The notes: a model not told the origin generated them from the sequence alone. DNA of 64,000 bases from Octopus sinensis (GCF_006345805.1 NC_043006.1:83390001-83454000); one strand, 5' to 3'; positions 1 to 13,231 are shown, counted from the first letter of the stretch. A program made the numbers and translations.

Positions 1-282
1 TGTATATGTATATAGAACATTAATCTCGATTTGATATCGAGCAGGCTAACAGTACTCAATGCATTTTTTAATGTAGAGTCAAAATTTCGCCTATTAATAA
101 AGTAATGCCTGACAACGGTACCATTTTTAGACGCATTTCTGTATCTTCTCAAAGCTTTGTTATTTCTTTGTTGGTATTTTTTTCTTTTTAGCTTTAGAGA
201 AGATACTCAAGCGTATTTAAGCAACCATATTGTTGTCAAGCATTATCTTGTTAATAATACGCATGTACATATATATATAATA

Positions 283-327
<45 letters not shown>

Positions 328-649
328 ATTATACAGTGTAGATATGTAGGCATTCGGAACTAGTCAATGATTAATCATCGATAGTGTCTATCAGGGATCA
401 GCAACAGTTGGGCGAACTATATATATGTATATATATTACCAGTAAACCGTTAGATTTTAACAAAAATTTCTGTGGAATTTAATGCGTTTTGCATCACGAT
501 TTACTCAATAATTGCAATAAGAAATCAGGGAATACCCGAGGATATTTTCATATGTAAAATATGCTATAATAGGATGAAAAATACGATATAATGTGTAAGT
601 TACGCTAATAGTGTTTAAGATACGATATAATATTTAAGCGAGTCATGAG

Positions 650-900
650 CATGGGCCTGCGAACAGGGGATGCAGGCAGTGCAAGCGCACCTAAAATTTT
701 TCTGGGGTGCAAAATCAATGATTGCACCCCTATATTTTTCAGGTTTAGAAGACAGTGCTTAAAAATTGATCTTCAAGTTAGGTTTCTTCTCAAAGAACAA
801 AGAGCAAAAATGTTTTTTAAATAATGATAATAAGATCTTTGTAAAAAATATTTGAACCTGGGTCAGCACCCCCTAAGCAAATTTCCTTCCCTAGCCAGTA
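650..900. mobile_element. Possible old hAT-type MITE
   Basis: GC-richer block flanked by the direct repeat AGTCATGAGCA (641-651, 900-910). TIRs are weak. Confidence 0.35.
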
Positions 901-1300
901 GTCATGAGCAAATATAAAAATAAAAAGTAGAGTATTAAAAAAACTTGTTGCTGGTGCCTGGAATAGATTGTAGATTGAACTTACGTATATGTCGTATATT
1001 GCATAGAATTTAATAATAGTCTATAGGAAAAAGAATAATCTTTGAACTATAATAAATTTAGTATTGCTTGCTCTAAAATAATTACTTAAAAAGTAAAATT
1101 AATCACTTAAGATAATATTAATCGAAGAAAAAATATTTTGTCATGTTTTCGAAAACCGTTCATAAAATATTGATAATTCAGTTTTGCTCTTTTCCTTTTG
1201 CTTACAACTTAGCTCAAGACATGCCAAGATTATTTTAAGCTATATTAATCTTTAATATTAAATATAAATATTTTTGTTTCTTCTTTTTTACTTCCAACAG

Positions 1301-1354
1301 CCTTCCTATGACCGATCGTACGGCAGTCTTGCCAGCAGCAGGAACTATGGCTCT
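1301..1354 (+). CDS. Internal exon A of a large Ser/Arg/Gly/Tyr-rich protein (PSYDRSYGSLASSRNYGS), phase 0-0
   Basis: Pyrimidine tract + ttccaacag acceptor (AG 1299-1300) and GTGAGT donor at 1355. The 54 nt are open, and the SRNYGS motif recurs in the next exon. Confidence 0.8.
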
Positions 1355-1723
1355 GTGAGTACAACATTATTGTATATTCAATCTTTATATATAAATACGT
1401 GTGTGTGTGTGTGATATAAAGAAAAAAGAGAGAGAGAATACTGTATGCATATATTCAGTTCTCAACCGAAGATCGCAATGGCGCGATCACGACGCGCGAA
1501 ATAAATTTTCACTTTCAGTTTCAACATGTGTCGAACTCACCTATCTCATTCGTCCGACATAAACCAATGTACGAATACACACACACACATAGGCAAACAT
1601 ACACACATATATACATATATATTACACGCACACATACACACACACACACATACACACACACACATACACACACACACATATAGATTTTCTTTCTCCATCT
1701 TCCCTTCTTTGGACTTTTTCTAT

Positions 1724-1758
1724 ATTTCTGATGAAGAGCTCCGCTCGAAACGTGAAAT
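1724..1758 (+). ncRNA. Minimal hammerhead ribozyme motif, intact core but GUG triplet
   Basis: AUUU-CUGAUGA-A-GAGC(UCC)GCUC-GAAA-CGU-G-AAAU: 4-bp stems I and II, extra A after A9, palindromic ACGU stem III. Position 17 is G, normally non-cleavable. Confidence 0.6.
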
Positions 1759-1845
1759 CCTCTTTCTTTTCTTTCCTTTCCTGAGCGTCCAATAACACAG
1801 TACTTATATTACGTTCTCTTATTCTTACTTATTCTTGTTTGGATT

Positions 1846-1921
<76 letters not shown>

Positions 1922-2342
1922 ATATATGTATGTAGTATGTATATATATTGTATATTATACATATATACTATATATTTTATAGTTTATATACATATATTAT
2001 ATATACTTATCTATGATAAAAACAGGCGAATGGGTTATCTGGTGTTGCTACAATTGTTTCATTGAGAGTCTTCACTATGACGTTAGCACAGTAGAGTCAG
2101 GTAAGCATCATGCACAACATCCATAAGATTACATAAGATGTTATGCCACACTCAACTCATCAGGTCAACCAAATAAATAAGCGAGCAAAGTCATGCTCAC
2201 TTATTAATTAACAGATCGTTAACTCGCGCGCACGCACATATACACACACAATGGACTAAACAAAAGAAGAGGAGACACGGGATAAAAAGTCATTGAAGAG
2301 ATTAGAGGATGTGTGACGAAAGAGTTTTAATAAAGAAACAAG

Positions 2343-2361
2343 TAATTATTATTATTATTAC

Positions 2362-2413
<52 letters not shown>

Positions 2414-2494
2414 ATTAATATTAATATTATTATTATTATTATTACTATTATTATTATTATTATTACTATTTTTATTTTTATTTTTATTATATTA

Positions 2495-2573
<79 letters not shown>

Positions 2574-2637
2574 ATTAATATTAATATTATTATTATTATT
2601 ATTACTATTATTATTATTATTATTATTACTATTTTTA

Positions 2638-2668
<31 letters not shown>

Positions 2669-2730
2669 AATTAATATTAATATTATTATTATTATTACTA
2701 TTATTATTATTATTATTATTACTATTTTTA

Positions 2731-2780
<50 letters not shown>

Positions 2781-2812
2781 TATTATTATTATATTATTAT
2801 TATTATTATATT
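2343..2812. repeat. (ATT)n microsatellite with higher-order duplications
   Basis: The interruption ataattaatattaat recurs at 2411, 2571 and 2667. Confidence 0.95.
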
Positions 2813-2925
2813 TAGGCGGTGCGCAGGTAGAATCGTTAGCACGCTGGGTGAAATGCTTGGCGACGTTTCGTCTGTCTTCATATTTCTGAGTTCAAATTCC
2901 AAGCCTTGTCCCTACAGTAGAAAGG

Positions 2926-2966
<41 letters not shown>

Positions 2967-3230
2967 CATCATCATCATCATCATCATCATCATTATCATC
3001 ATCATCAGCAGTAGCAGTTTTTTAATGAAGGTTGATAGTAGATGACATAAGGCTCGAGGAAAAGAAAGGAGGGTGCACTTTTCTTATTAATATACACTTT
3101 GGCTCGAAAGCACCCGTGGCACCCGCCACCCCACACCGGTAGCAGCACCGACAACATATTCAGCAGTCCCATTAGCAACAGCAACTTAAATAGGTGCAAC
3201 ATAACATTGGCAGTAGCAGCTGCAACAACT

Positions 3231-3263
<33 letters not shown>

Positions 3264-3379
3264 GCAGCAGCAACACCTATACCTCAGCCCTCTTTTTCGA
3301 AAGGTGTAAGATTGAGGTCTAGATGCCAACATCACACACACACATACACGCAATACATACATGTGTATGTGTATGGATA

Positions 3380-3387
3380 TGTGTGTG

Positions 3388-3454
<67 letters not shown>

Positions 3455-3588
3455 TATCACAAACAGCTGTTCCTTTCATCTCACCGTCATTCAATTCTCA
3501 ACCTTCCAGAACTCGCAGAGACGAAAAGAGGAGGCAGAGAAAGAAAGAGAGAAAGAGGGAATGAGTGAGAGAGAGAGGAGAGAGTGTA

Positions 3589-3637
<49 letters not shown>

Positions 3638-3697
3638 GAGAGAAGAATGAAGTAGAAGATGAAGAGAGATGATGATAGATAGATAAATGATAGATAG

Positions 3698-3794
<97 letters not shown>

Positions 3795-3802
3795 GTATAT
3801 GT

Positions 3803-3838
<36 letters not shown>

Positions 3839-3850
3839 TGAGAGAGAGAA
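3380..3850. repeat. Compound (TG)n-(GA)n-(GATA)n-(GA)n microsatellite
   Basis: Direct reading. Confidence 0.9.
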
Positions 3851-4586
3851 AATACATGGACTGGAGTGAAGTGAGAGTGAAGTGAAGTAAGAACGAGAGG
3901 AAGTATTTTTGAGAATGAGTCGGGGTGAACTAAAATGAAGAGGGAACAGAGATAGTGAAAGAGAGAGAGAGAGAGACGGCCAGAGAGAGAAAGAGAGACA
4001 CACACACATTCTCTCTCTCTCACACACATACACACACACGCACACACGAATGCGCGTGCACACATGCATCCATGCAGACAGATACAGTGTAGAAAAAATA
4101 GTTGCTTAATAAAAAAGGCACCCGTACCAGGGTAGGTAAGTAGATAAGGTAGGTAGATAGACAGTAGCTAAGGTAACCAACTACAGCGTTAGCAATCAGC
4201 TGAGTTGCGCTTTAAAGAGCGGGGTGGATGGATGGATGGATTGTGTGACAAGACAGGTTTATAAATATAGATCGGATGTGAGGACTAAGTGGCGGGGAGG
4301 GGTGGCACTTAGCAGATACACTTAACTACCACCACAGCCACCACCACCACCACCTCCACCGCTACTACTACTAGAAATTTTCTTGAGTTTTATCAACTCT
4401 TTTCTATATTCATTCTCCTTCATCTCTCAATCTTCCATTTTCTTTTTTCCACCCCATTTTCTTTTCTTTTTCCGCAGTTTTTCTCCTTTAATTTTTTTTC
4501 TTTTTTCCCTTCTTTTCCCTTCATTTTTCTTCATTTTCATATTTTATCTCAGATTCTCTTTCGCTATTTTTCTTCCATTCTTCCAT

Positions 4587-4624
<38 letters not shown>

Positions 4625-4631
4625 TTTCTTC

Positions 4632-4664
<33 letters not shown>

Positions 4665-4703
4665 TTTCTTCCTTTCTTTCTTTCTTTCTTTCTTCCTTTC
4701 TTC

Positions 4704-4737
<34 letters not shown>

Positions 4738-5451
4738 CCTCTCTTCGTCTTTAGTCTCCATTTTCTTCTGCTTCTGTCTTCTTCTCTTTTTTTCCTTTAT
4801 CATTTTCATTTTTCTTCTCAGTTATTATTATTATTATTATTTGTTCTTTCTTCAATTGCCGCTTACTGATGAAAGAAGCGATGACAATAACGACGATAAT
4901 GACGATGATAAGGCTGATGGTAATGGTGAGGAGGAGGAGGAGGAGGAGGAGGAGAAGGAGAAGGGTGATGGTGATGGTGATGATGATGACGATGATGATA
5001 ATGATGAGGAGGAGGAGGGGGGAGAAGGAGGAGGAGGAGAGAAGGAGGAGAAGGAGAAGGGTTATGATGATGATGCTTTCCTCTGGGATATAAAAGGAAC
5101 TCAGCTGATATAAACTGACAAAACATTGACTAAATATTATTCTACCTTTTACCACACTTTTCTTTCATTTCGCGTTTTTTTTTGTTTTTTGGTTTTTAGT
5201 ACTTTCTTAGTTTTTTTTTTGTTTTTATCATAACTTTCAACACGTGATGAGTTGTTTAGCCTGCCGTATACAATGTGTGTGTGTGTGTGTGTGTGTGTGT
5301 GACTTGACGAGTTTTATGTGTTGGCACATGTATATACATAGCTCTCTACCTGTGCGCACATGTAGATGCATGTGTATATATAAGCTTTCAACGTAGGATA
5401 GGTGATGTGGTGTGCGTTATGCACTGTGTCTGTATGTAAACAGACAGACTG

Positions 5452-5766
5452 ATACATACATACATACATACACACACATACATACATACACACATACATA
5501 CATACGTACATACATACATACACACATACATACATACATACATACATACACATACATACATACATACATACACACACATACATACATACATACATACATA
5601 CACACATACATACATACATACATACATACGTACGTACATACATACACACATACATACATACATACATACATACATACATACATACATACACACATACATA
5701 CATACATACATGCATGCATGCATGCATACATACATTCATACATACATACATACATACATACATACA
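5452..5766. repeat. (TACA)n/(CA)n microsatellite
   Basis: Direct reading; source of the HTYI/MYVC track ORFs. Confidence 0.95.
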
Positions 5767-5789
5767 TGCGTACACGCATACATTTATGT

Positions 5790-6270
5790 AGGCATGGCCA
5801 CGTGGGTTAAGACGCCCGCTTTGCAGTCATGTGGTTTCGGGTTCAGTCTCTCTGCGCAGTACTGTGACTGAGCAAGTAACTTTTGCTATAACACTGGGCC
5901 CACCCATGCCTTGTGAGTGAATTTAGAAGATGGAAACATATTCCGATGTGTTGTGTGTGTATGTGTGTCTAAGTTTGTCACCCACCCCTACTGTCGTTTC
6001 ATAACCGGTGTTAGTTTGTTTACAGGATCTTTTCGGTTTGGTTGCCAGCGGCCCCAAAACTTAAAGTTTACCGAAATTTTTTTAATTTGGCACAATAATA
6101 CACTTACCCAAACTGAATTGTTGGAGTTACCCAGCAGTTCGACAAAAGAGGACGAAATAAGTATCAGACTTACTAAATAAGTTATGGGACGGATTTTTCC
6201 GATTGAAACCCTTCACGTCGGTGCCCTGACATGGCTGCAGTCCAATGACTGAAACAAATAAAGGATACAG
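5790..6270 (+). mobile_element. Old SINE family A copy, interrupted near 6025
   Basis: Diverged head, core and 3' tail. The insert begins ggatcttttcggttt, the TIR of the 24580 MITE. Confidence 0.55.
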
Positions 6271-6296
6271 GATAACATATATACGTCTGTGTGTGA

Positions 6297-6329
<33 letters not shown>

Positions 6330-6531
6330 TGAGAGAGTGTATGTGTGTGTGTGTGTGTGCGTACATACGAGGGGGTAGTGAAAAGTTCCTGGCTTTAAAC
6401 GTATCGTTCCAGGTTCAGTCCTACAGCCTTGTGAGTGGATTTGGTAGAAGGAAACTGAAAGAAGCCTCGCCATGATAGATCGCTAGCCACTACACATTCT
6501 TTATTTTCTCTCTTTGTTTCTTTCTGTGTTC

Positions 6532-6567
6532 CTTTCTGTGGAAGAGCGTAGACTCGAAACATTAAAG
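6532..6567 (+). ncRNA. Degenerate minimal hammerhead motif (same family as 37820)
   Basis: CUUU-CUGUGGA-A-GAGCGUAGACUC-GAAAC-AUU-AAAG. The core and stems II/III carry substitutions, so probably inactive. Confidence 0.4.
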
Positions 6568-7059
6568 ACTAGGCTTAAGAAAATAAACCCCCGGGGTCGA
6601 GTTTTTTTCGACTAAAACCCTTCAAGGCGGTGCTCCAACATGGCCGCAGTCAAATGACCGAAACAACTAAAAGAATAAAAGAATTACGGATCCTCCAATA
6701 TTTTCTTTTAGCCAAAGCCAGGCACTTTTCCGCAGCCCCTCGTACATACACATGATTGCGCTCAATTTGCCAGGCAATTAGCAGTTACACGTTCAACCTG
6801 ATTATTCCGATTTACTCTCATTCTTGCATGTGCACGGATATGACTTTTCACGCCACGCATCCATCGCCATGGGACTTCATAAAATGCAGAACAAATTCTT
6901 AAAAATGAAATAATAGTGCAAGATCTGTACTTGATTGGATTTCAGTGACAAAAGCTCGTACAATACGTTTGCCACTCTCTCGGTTGCCATACTAGGCTTC
7001 AGTGACAAGCTTTGTAAGATGACTGGTATTATTTTGACTGCAGTTTGTCCGTCGATGCG

Positions 7060-7790
7060 ACGAAGACCATCTAGTCATCCTGGGGTGGGGGTGGGCTTGT
7101 TTTGTGAGTCCGCAGATGGCTAGTGAGGCCAATCTGCGCCGACCGCAGTGTGTAGGGTCCCCTCCAGACGCGGTAGGCTGGCTAGGGTAGGTGGAGCAGG
7201 CAATGTTTTCTAGTCCGCTCCTCATGCCATAGAGGTGAGCAGTGCGTTCCTAAATTGAACTGCTCAGTCGCCCAGACGGCTGCCGAAATCTACTGCTGCT
7301 CCAGGTCAGTGAATAGCGACCCTGTGGCCTGAGCCGCCTGTTTGCAGGTTTGCGGCTACGATTTCCAGTGTACCCATACCTGTCGCTTCGTCGCGTGCCT
7401 GTCGCCAAATGACTTTGGGATGAAAGGGTGGAAAGAAGGATGAAAGATGACTTGCGTGAGGAAACTTTGTTTAAAGTGAGGAAGTGTTGCGCATCGCCGA
7501 CCTCACTCTCTCGTCCGAGTCCGTCTTAACCAGAGGCAAAACCAGATCGAGAAGACTGAGGACAGAACCGGATGCAGTGAATGACCACGATGTCCTATAG
7601 TGCCTCATCTTGCCCTATGCATTCCCCGATGCCCTGCTGTGACTGCCCGCTTCTCCGTTGAAACCGTTCTGGTGGTTTCTTCTGTAGGATCAGCCAGCTC
7701 CAGTCTTCGTATGCGTAGGTAGGCAAGGCCTAACTCGCCGAAGGTTTAAGACCGGTCGGCTACCCTACAAGTTTTATGTTAGAGAAGCTT
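7060..7790 (+). mobile_element. Probable RTE-clade LINE 5' UTR fragment
   Basis: GC-rich block unlike its flanks. Motifs atgaccacgatgtc...gtaggtaggcaaggcc...gaccggtcggctaccc resemble RTE 5' UTRs (recalled, not searched). Confidence 0.4.
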
Positions 7791-8085
7791 TCTCCTACAA
7801 TAGCTGCATTCTCCATGGCTTTTTCAAAAATTAAGGGAGCTTCCTCCAACCCTAGGAAAGCTATATAACTCATAGTTGGGACTTTGATAAGGTACTACTG
7901 TACCGGGTCAGAATGAACCTGGGAGTAATGATAAGGGGTTACTCCACGCTCCCCACAACTCCTGGACAGGAGTCTTATCATCGGATGCATTTTAATGTAT
8001 CTATACATACATACATACATACATACAAACATACAAACATACATACATACATACATACATACATACATACATACATACATACATA

Positions 8086-8582
8086 GGGAAAAAGAGAATA
8101 CCTACGCTAAGCTATTGAGAAATCTACAGTTACTCTATCCAGATTACAAGTTCAGGTAATTACTGGGGCTCTGGGATATGTAATACACTGCCTAAATACC
8201 AATTTTGAGAAATTAGGCTTCTCAAAACCAGAAAGGAGAAAGCTAATTCGAAGACTACAGATCCAATCCATCACTGGAACTGTAAAAATCTGTAAAACTT
8301 TCCAGACGTTTATCATTTAAATATATATGAGCATGTCTAGATGTGCAAGTATATGCTTGAGAATACATACAAAAAGCAAAACATACAAACTTGCACATAT
8401 ACATACATACGTACATACATACATACATACAGACAGACAGACAGAATGACAGACAGACAGACAAACAAACATACCCTGTTGTTGATGTTGAAATTCCAAT
8501 GAAGGAGCTCTGGATCTAGATTAGAAACCGGCTTTTTCTCTATTGGCAAGAAATCTTTAAATAAAACAGAACAATGGCATAC
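8086..8582 (+). mobile_element. 5'-truncated R4/Dong-like (RLE) non-LTR retrotransposon 3' end
   Basis: Translates as EKENTYAKLLRNLQLLYPDYKF/VITGALGYVIHCLNTNFEKLGFSKPERRKLIRRLQIQSITGTVKICKTF...stop (TAA 8318-20) with one frameshift. It is followed by a two-part 3' UTR ending in AATAAA and (TACA)n. Confidence 0.8.
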
Positions 8583-8618
8583 ATACATACATACATACAA
8601 ACATACATACATGTCTAG

Positions 8619-8649
<31 letters not shown>

Positions 8650-8909
8650 TGTATGTATGTATGTATGTATGAGGTGCATTGCCTAATGGTTAGGGTATTG
8701 CAGTCATGATCACGAGGTCGTGGTTTCAATTCCTAGACCGGGTAGTGAGTTATGTTGTTGAGCAATGTCGATTTGAGTGACCTTGTGCAAATGAAAAAAA
8801 GAGAAAATGTTGGTAAAAGATAGAATAATATTTAGTCAATGTTTTGTCAGTTTATATCAGATTTCCGAGTTCTTCCTACACCTCAAAGAAGAACATCGCC
8901 TTCACCGTC

Positions 8910-8988
<79 letters not shown>

Positions 8989-9440
8989 CCATCATTATGT
9001 AAATACTTCCTCGGCTTTTACGTAGCAACCATGGGTAGTCTAGTCATCACCATCGAGTCGTCTTGCCCGACCCCACAAAACCTACCCACAACACCCCCCC
9101 ACACACACACACACACACTCCGGCGTCGGCTCTCCTTAATTACATTATCCAATAAATTATTTAAAATGAAAATTAAGATAAATAAGCGCAAACGTAAGCG
9201 GTTCGGATCTAACGTGATGGAGATTTTGGCTGCTATTTTAAGCCGACTGAGCTACCATGGAGGGGCTCCCTAGTCGGTTCGGATATGTGTCTGTATGTAT
9301 GTGAGTTTGTGAGTGTGTGTGCATGCGTGCGCGCGCGGCTGGGTGGATTCTTCTAAAGCTTCTAAAATAAACAGATGCGCATTATCTTTACTTTCATTAC
9401 ACACCTACACACTCAGTAATATGAGGAAACTTTACCAACT

Positions 9441-9498
<58 letters not shown>

Positions 9499-9697
9499 CA
9501 CACAAATATATATACATACTTGCACGTACACACAAACATATGAATTTATACATAGATACTCATGTTTATATGCAGGCCTAGGTTTCCATCACCATTAATA
9601 TCTTTATACACACGCACACATACATTTATATAGACATTACCTGACATCTTCATACACATACACTCACACACACATATATGCTTATGTATATATATAT

Positions 9698-9736
<39 letters not shown>

Positions 9737-9865
9737 ATACGTAATTATGTATAAAAGTGTGTAAACACGCATATATATTTATATATACACGCACAAGTAC
9801 ATCTATCTTAACGCACACATGCACACATATAGAAACTCCAACTAAACTGATAAACATGCACACAA

Positions 9866-9925
<60 letters not shown>

Positions 9926-10195
9926 AACATACATATGCGTAGTCACAGAACAAGTATATGCAAGCAGATAAATTCACATACAGACTCACATGCATACACA
10001 TGCATACGCTCATTCACACACATTGGCATATAGAAACTCACTGAACCATACAGATAAGTTTACTTACAGACTCACACGCAAACATTTCCACACACACAAA
10101 CACACAAATACACCCACCCTACTTTCACACAAATTTTTGTACACATTCTCAACCCTTTTACTTTTTTTAATTTACTGATAGATATAGATACATAC

Positions 10196-10452
10196 GAGGA
10201 GGCGCGTGGCTTAGTGGTTAGGGTGTCAGCATCATGATCGTAAGATGGTGGTTTCGATTCCTGGACCGCGAGACACGTTGTGTTCTTGAGCGAAACATTT
10301 CATTTCACATTGCTCCAGTCCACTCAGCTGGCAAAAATTAGTAACGCTGCGATGGACTGGCGTCCCGTCCGGCTGGGGAACACATACGCCATAGAAACCG
10401 GGACACCGGGCCCATGAGCCTGGTTAGGCTTTAAAAGGGTGCATTTATTTAT
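10196..10452 (+). mobile_element. tRNA-derived SINE with V-domain-like segment (family C)
   Basis: gtggcttagtggttagg / ggtttcgattcc boxes, plus gctgcgatggactggcgtcccgtcc resembling the V-SINE domain (recalled). Related copies at 22780-23040, 8671-8770, 14615-14815, 34785-34925, 44095-44410. Confidence 0.8.
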
Positions 10453-10769
10453 TATTATAGATATATACACACACGTACATGCAAATATGCACGAACACAC
10501 GCATACACAAACATATCTAATTACATAAAGATTCTCATACACATATACTCACATGCACACATTCATACACATGCATATACACACATTCACACAAATTCTT
10601 GCTCACATATACCCGCATGGTTAAGAACCTGGTTTTGCAACCCCGTGGTTTTGGGTTCAGTTCCAATGCATCGTACCATGGGAAAGTACCTTTTGCTATT
10701 ACCCAGAGTCGACTATTGCCTTGTAAGAGAATTTGATGGACAGAAAATGAGTGGAGGTCCATCGTGTGA

Positions 10770-10807
<38 letters not shown>

Positions 10808-10812
10808 CTGTG

Positions 10813-10843
<31 letters not shown>

Positions 10844-11308
10844 TGTGTGTGCGTGTGTGTGTGTGTGTGTGTGAGAGACATGGGTCCTTGAGCAAGCCAC
10901 TTCATTTCTCTTTGCTGTCAGTTTTAAGTTGAACCTATAATTCAAAAGTGCCAGACTTGTCACGCTCAGTGTCACGCCGAATCTCCCTGAGAACTACGTC
11001 TAGGACATGCATGTCTGTGGAGTGCTTTGCCACTTACCCGTTAATTTTATGAGCAAGTTTTTCAGTTGATCGTAACAACTGGAATGCTCGTCGTCGTAAG
11101 CGATGGAGATCCAACGCAGGCCTAGATTTCCTACACAGGTTAAAAGCAAAAGCTGAATGATCACGACCAGAATACGTTTCATCACAGGTCTGCTCGATCG
11201 GAGCTGACCTGGCGTTCAACAACAACGATGACCTACAATAAATAGAAGCCAGATGTCCCTCAAAACTACACCTGAAGAAGATTAGTTAGATAACCTTGGG
11301 CTGAAGTA

Positions 11309-11656
11309 TAGCGGCAAGCTGGCAGAAACGTTAGCACGCCAGGCAAAATGCGTAGCCGTATTTCGTCTGCCGTTACGTTCTGAGTTCAAATTCCACCGAG
11401 GTCGACTTTGCCTTTCATCCTTTCGGGATCGATAAATTAAGTACCAGTTACGCACTGGGGTCGAATTATCGACTTAATCCGTTTGTCTGTCCTTGTTCGT
11501 CCCCTCTGTGTTTAGCCCCTTGTGGGTAGTAAAGAAATAGATATTTCGTCTGCCGCTACGTTCTGAGTTCAAATTCCGCCGAGGTCGACTTTGTCTTTCT
11601 AATCGACTGGCTCCCTCCCAAAATTTTCGGACCTTGTGCCTAGAGCAGAAAAGAAT
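11309..11656 (+). mobile_element. tRNA-derived SINE (family B, Nin/Deu-like core gcctttcatcctttcggggtcgataaa), dimeric form
   Basis: Head-tail1-headless unit-tail2, flanked by the 14-bp TSD CTTGGGCTGAAGTA (11295-11308, 11657-11670). Confidence 0.88.
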
Positions 11657-11817
11657 CTTGGGCTGAAGTACAAAATGCATGAAAAACTAGAAGATGGTCA
11701 TTGTTGGAACAACTTTGACAATAGGCCTTCATGATGTGGGGCTGACCAGGGTTGAATGCAACACCATAAACTATTAACAGCAGCGACTCCTATATCTTGT
11801 ATTATTACCTACAGATA

Positions 11818-12034
11818 AAGGCGGCGAGCTAACAGAATCGTCAGTAGGCTGGGCGAAAATCTTAGCGACATTTCTGCCGTCTTAACGTTCTGAGTTCAAA
11901 TTCCGTCGAAGTTGACTTCGCTTTTCATACTCTCGTGGTCGATAAAATAAGTACCAGTTGAGTACTGGGGTTGATATAATCAGCTAGCCCCACCTCCCCT
12001 AAAATTTCAGGCCGTGTGCCTATTGTAGTAAGGG
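11818..12034 (+). mobile_element. SINE family B monomer (tail 2)
   Basis: 16-bp TSD TTATTACCTACAGATA (11802-11817, 12035-12050). Confidence 0.88.
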
Positions 12035-12250
12035 TTATTACCTACAGATACACTTATGTAACCTACAAGTCAATAACAAGTATGCATAACTTCCTTCTAT
12101 TTCTCTCCCTGCTCTCTCACACAGACAAATTTACACTCATATATGCACACATACATTTATACATACACGTACACACACAGACCTCTACATAAGTAAGTGC
12201 ACACACGTCTATACACACACAAACACATACACACACACACATACACAGAC

Positions 12251-12317
<67 letters not shown>

Positions 12318-12347
12318 AATACATGTATATACATACGTACATACACG

Positions 12348-12382
<35 letters not shown>

Positions 12383-12389
12383 ATGTATA

Positions 12390-12443
<54 letters not shown>

Positions 12444-13231
12444 TATGCAATTTCATATATACGCGTATGTTTGTATGTATGTATGTAGTGAGTAAAATTT
12501 CCAGATGTGTAAAGGAGTAAGTTGCAGGCCTTATCTAGCTTTATGAGTCAGACTTTAAACAGGTGAAGGGAACTGCTAGTAGTAGTAGTAGTAGTAGTGT
12601 TTCAGTCGTGATGTTCGTCGGTGGGGATGCTGCAGATACTGTCGTGGTGAGATCGGCGGTAGCGAGCGGATGGAGGATGATATGGGAGGCCATGAAGGCG
12701 ATAACATTTATGAGTGGGGGGGGGGGAGATTACACTAGTTGGGTTTTTTTTTTTGTTAATTTGCTTCAAGTCAGCTTTTATCAAGTAAACTTTTGATTAA
12801 AAGGTGTTCCAGTCGTGACCATGCCGTTTATATATACAGTGTATCTTTCTTTTTAGGAAGACAGTAAAAGTCTGATTTTTGGAGGAATTTGGTTGATATT
12901 TCTAGTACATCAGGAAACCCTGTAGAAGCTATTTCGATAGAAGTAGATGACAGTGGTGGTGGTGGTGGTGGTGGTGGTGGTGGTGGTGGTGGTGGTGGTG
13001 GTGGTGCATGCGGTAGGGACGCTATTGCTTTTGATAATAATGAAAATAGTGATGTATTAATGGTACTAAGATGATGAGGAGGAGGAGGGGGAGGAGGAGG
13101 AGGAGGAGGAAGAGGTTAAAAAGAAATAGGGGAAGTAGTGAACGTGGTTGGGACGTGACGATGAAAATTGAGACGGTGCTAGTTGATGAAAACGGAAGCT
13201 GTGGTAATGATGACGGTGGAAGTAACAATTG

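Noticed and set aside
1441-1570. TCAGTT Inr-like motifs and caacATG at 1526 as an alternative first exon
   Set aside because: The nearest donor would be phase 1 and weak, and the ORF runs into (CA)n.
7140-7330. HDV-like ribozyme expected in some RTE 5' UTRs
   Set aside because: I could not assemble P1/P2/P3 around the ccgctcctcatgcc candidate by eye. It needs a descriptor search.
10196-10270. tRNA genes at SINE heads (also 47960-48040 and 61110-61178)
   Set aside because: A/B boxes are present, but no complete cloverleaf is evident; those in families C/D continue directly into SINE bodies.
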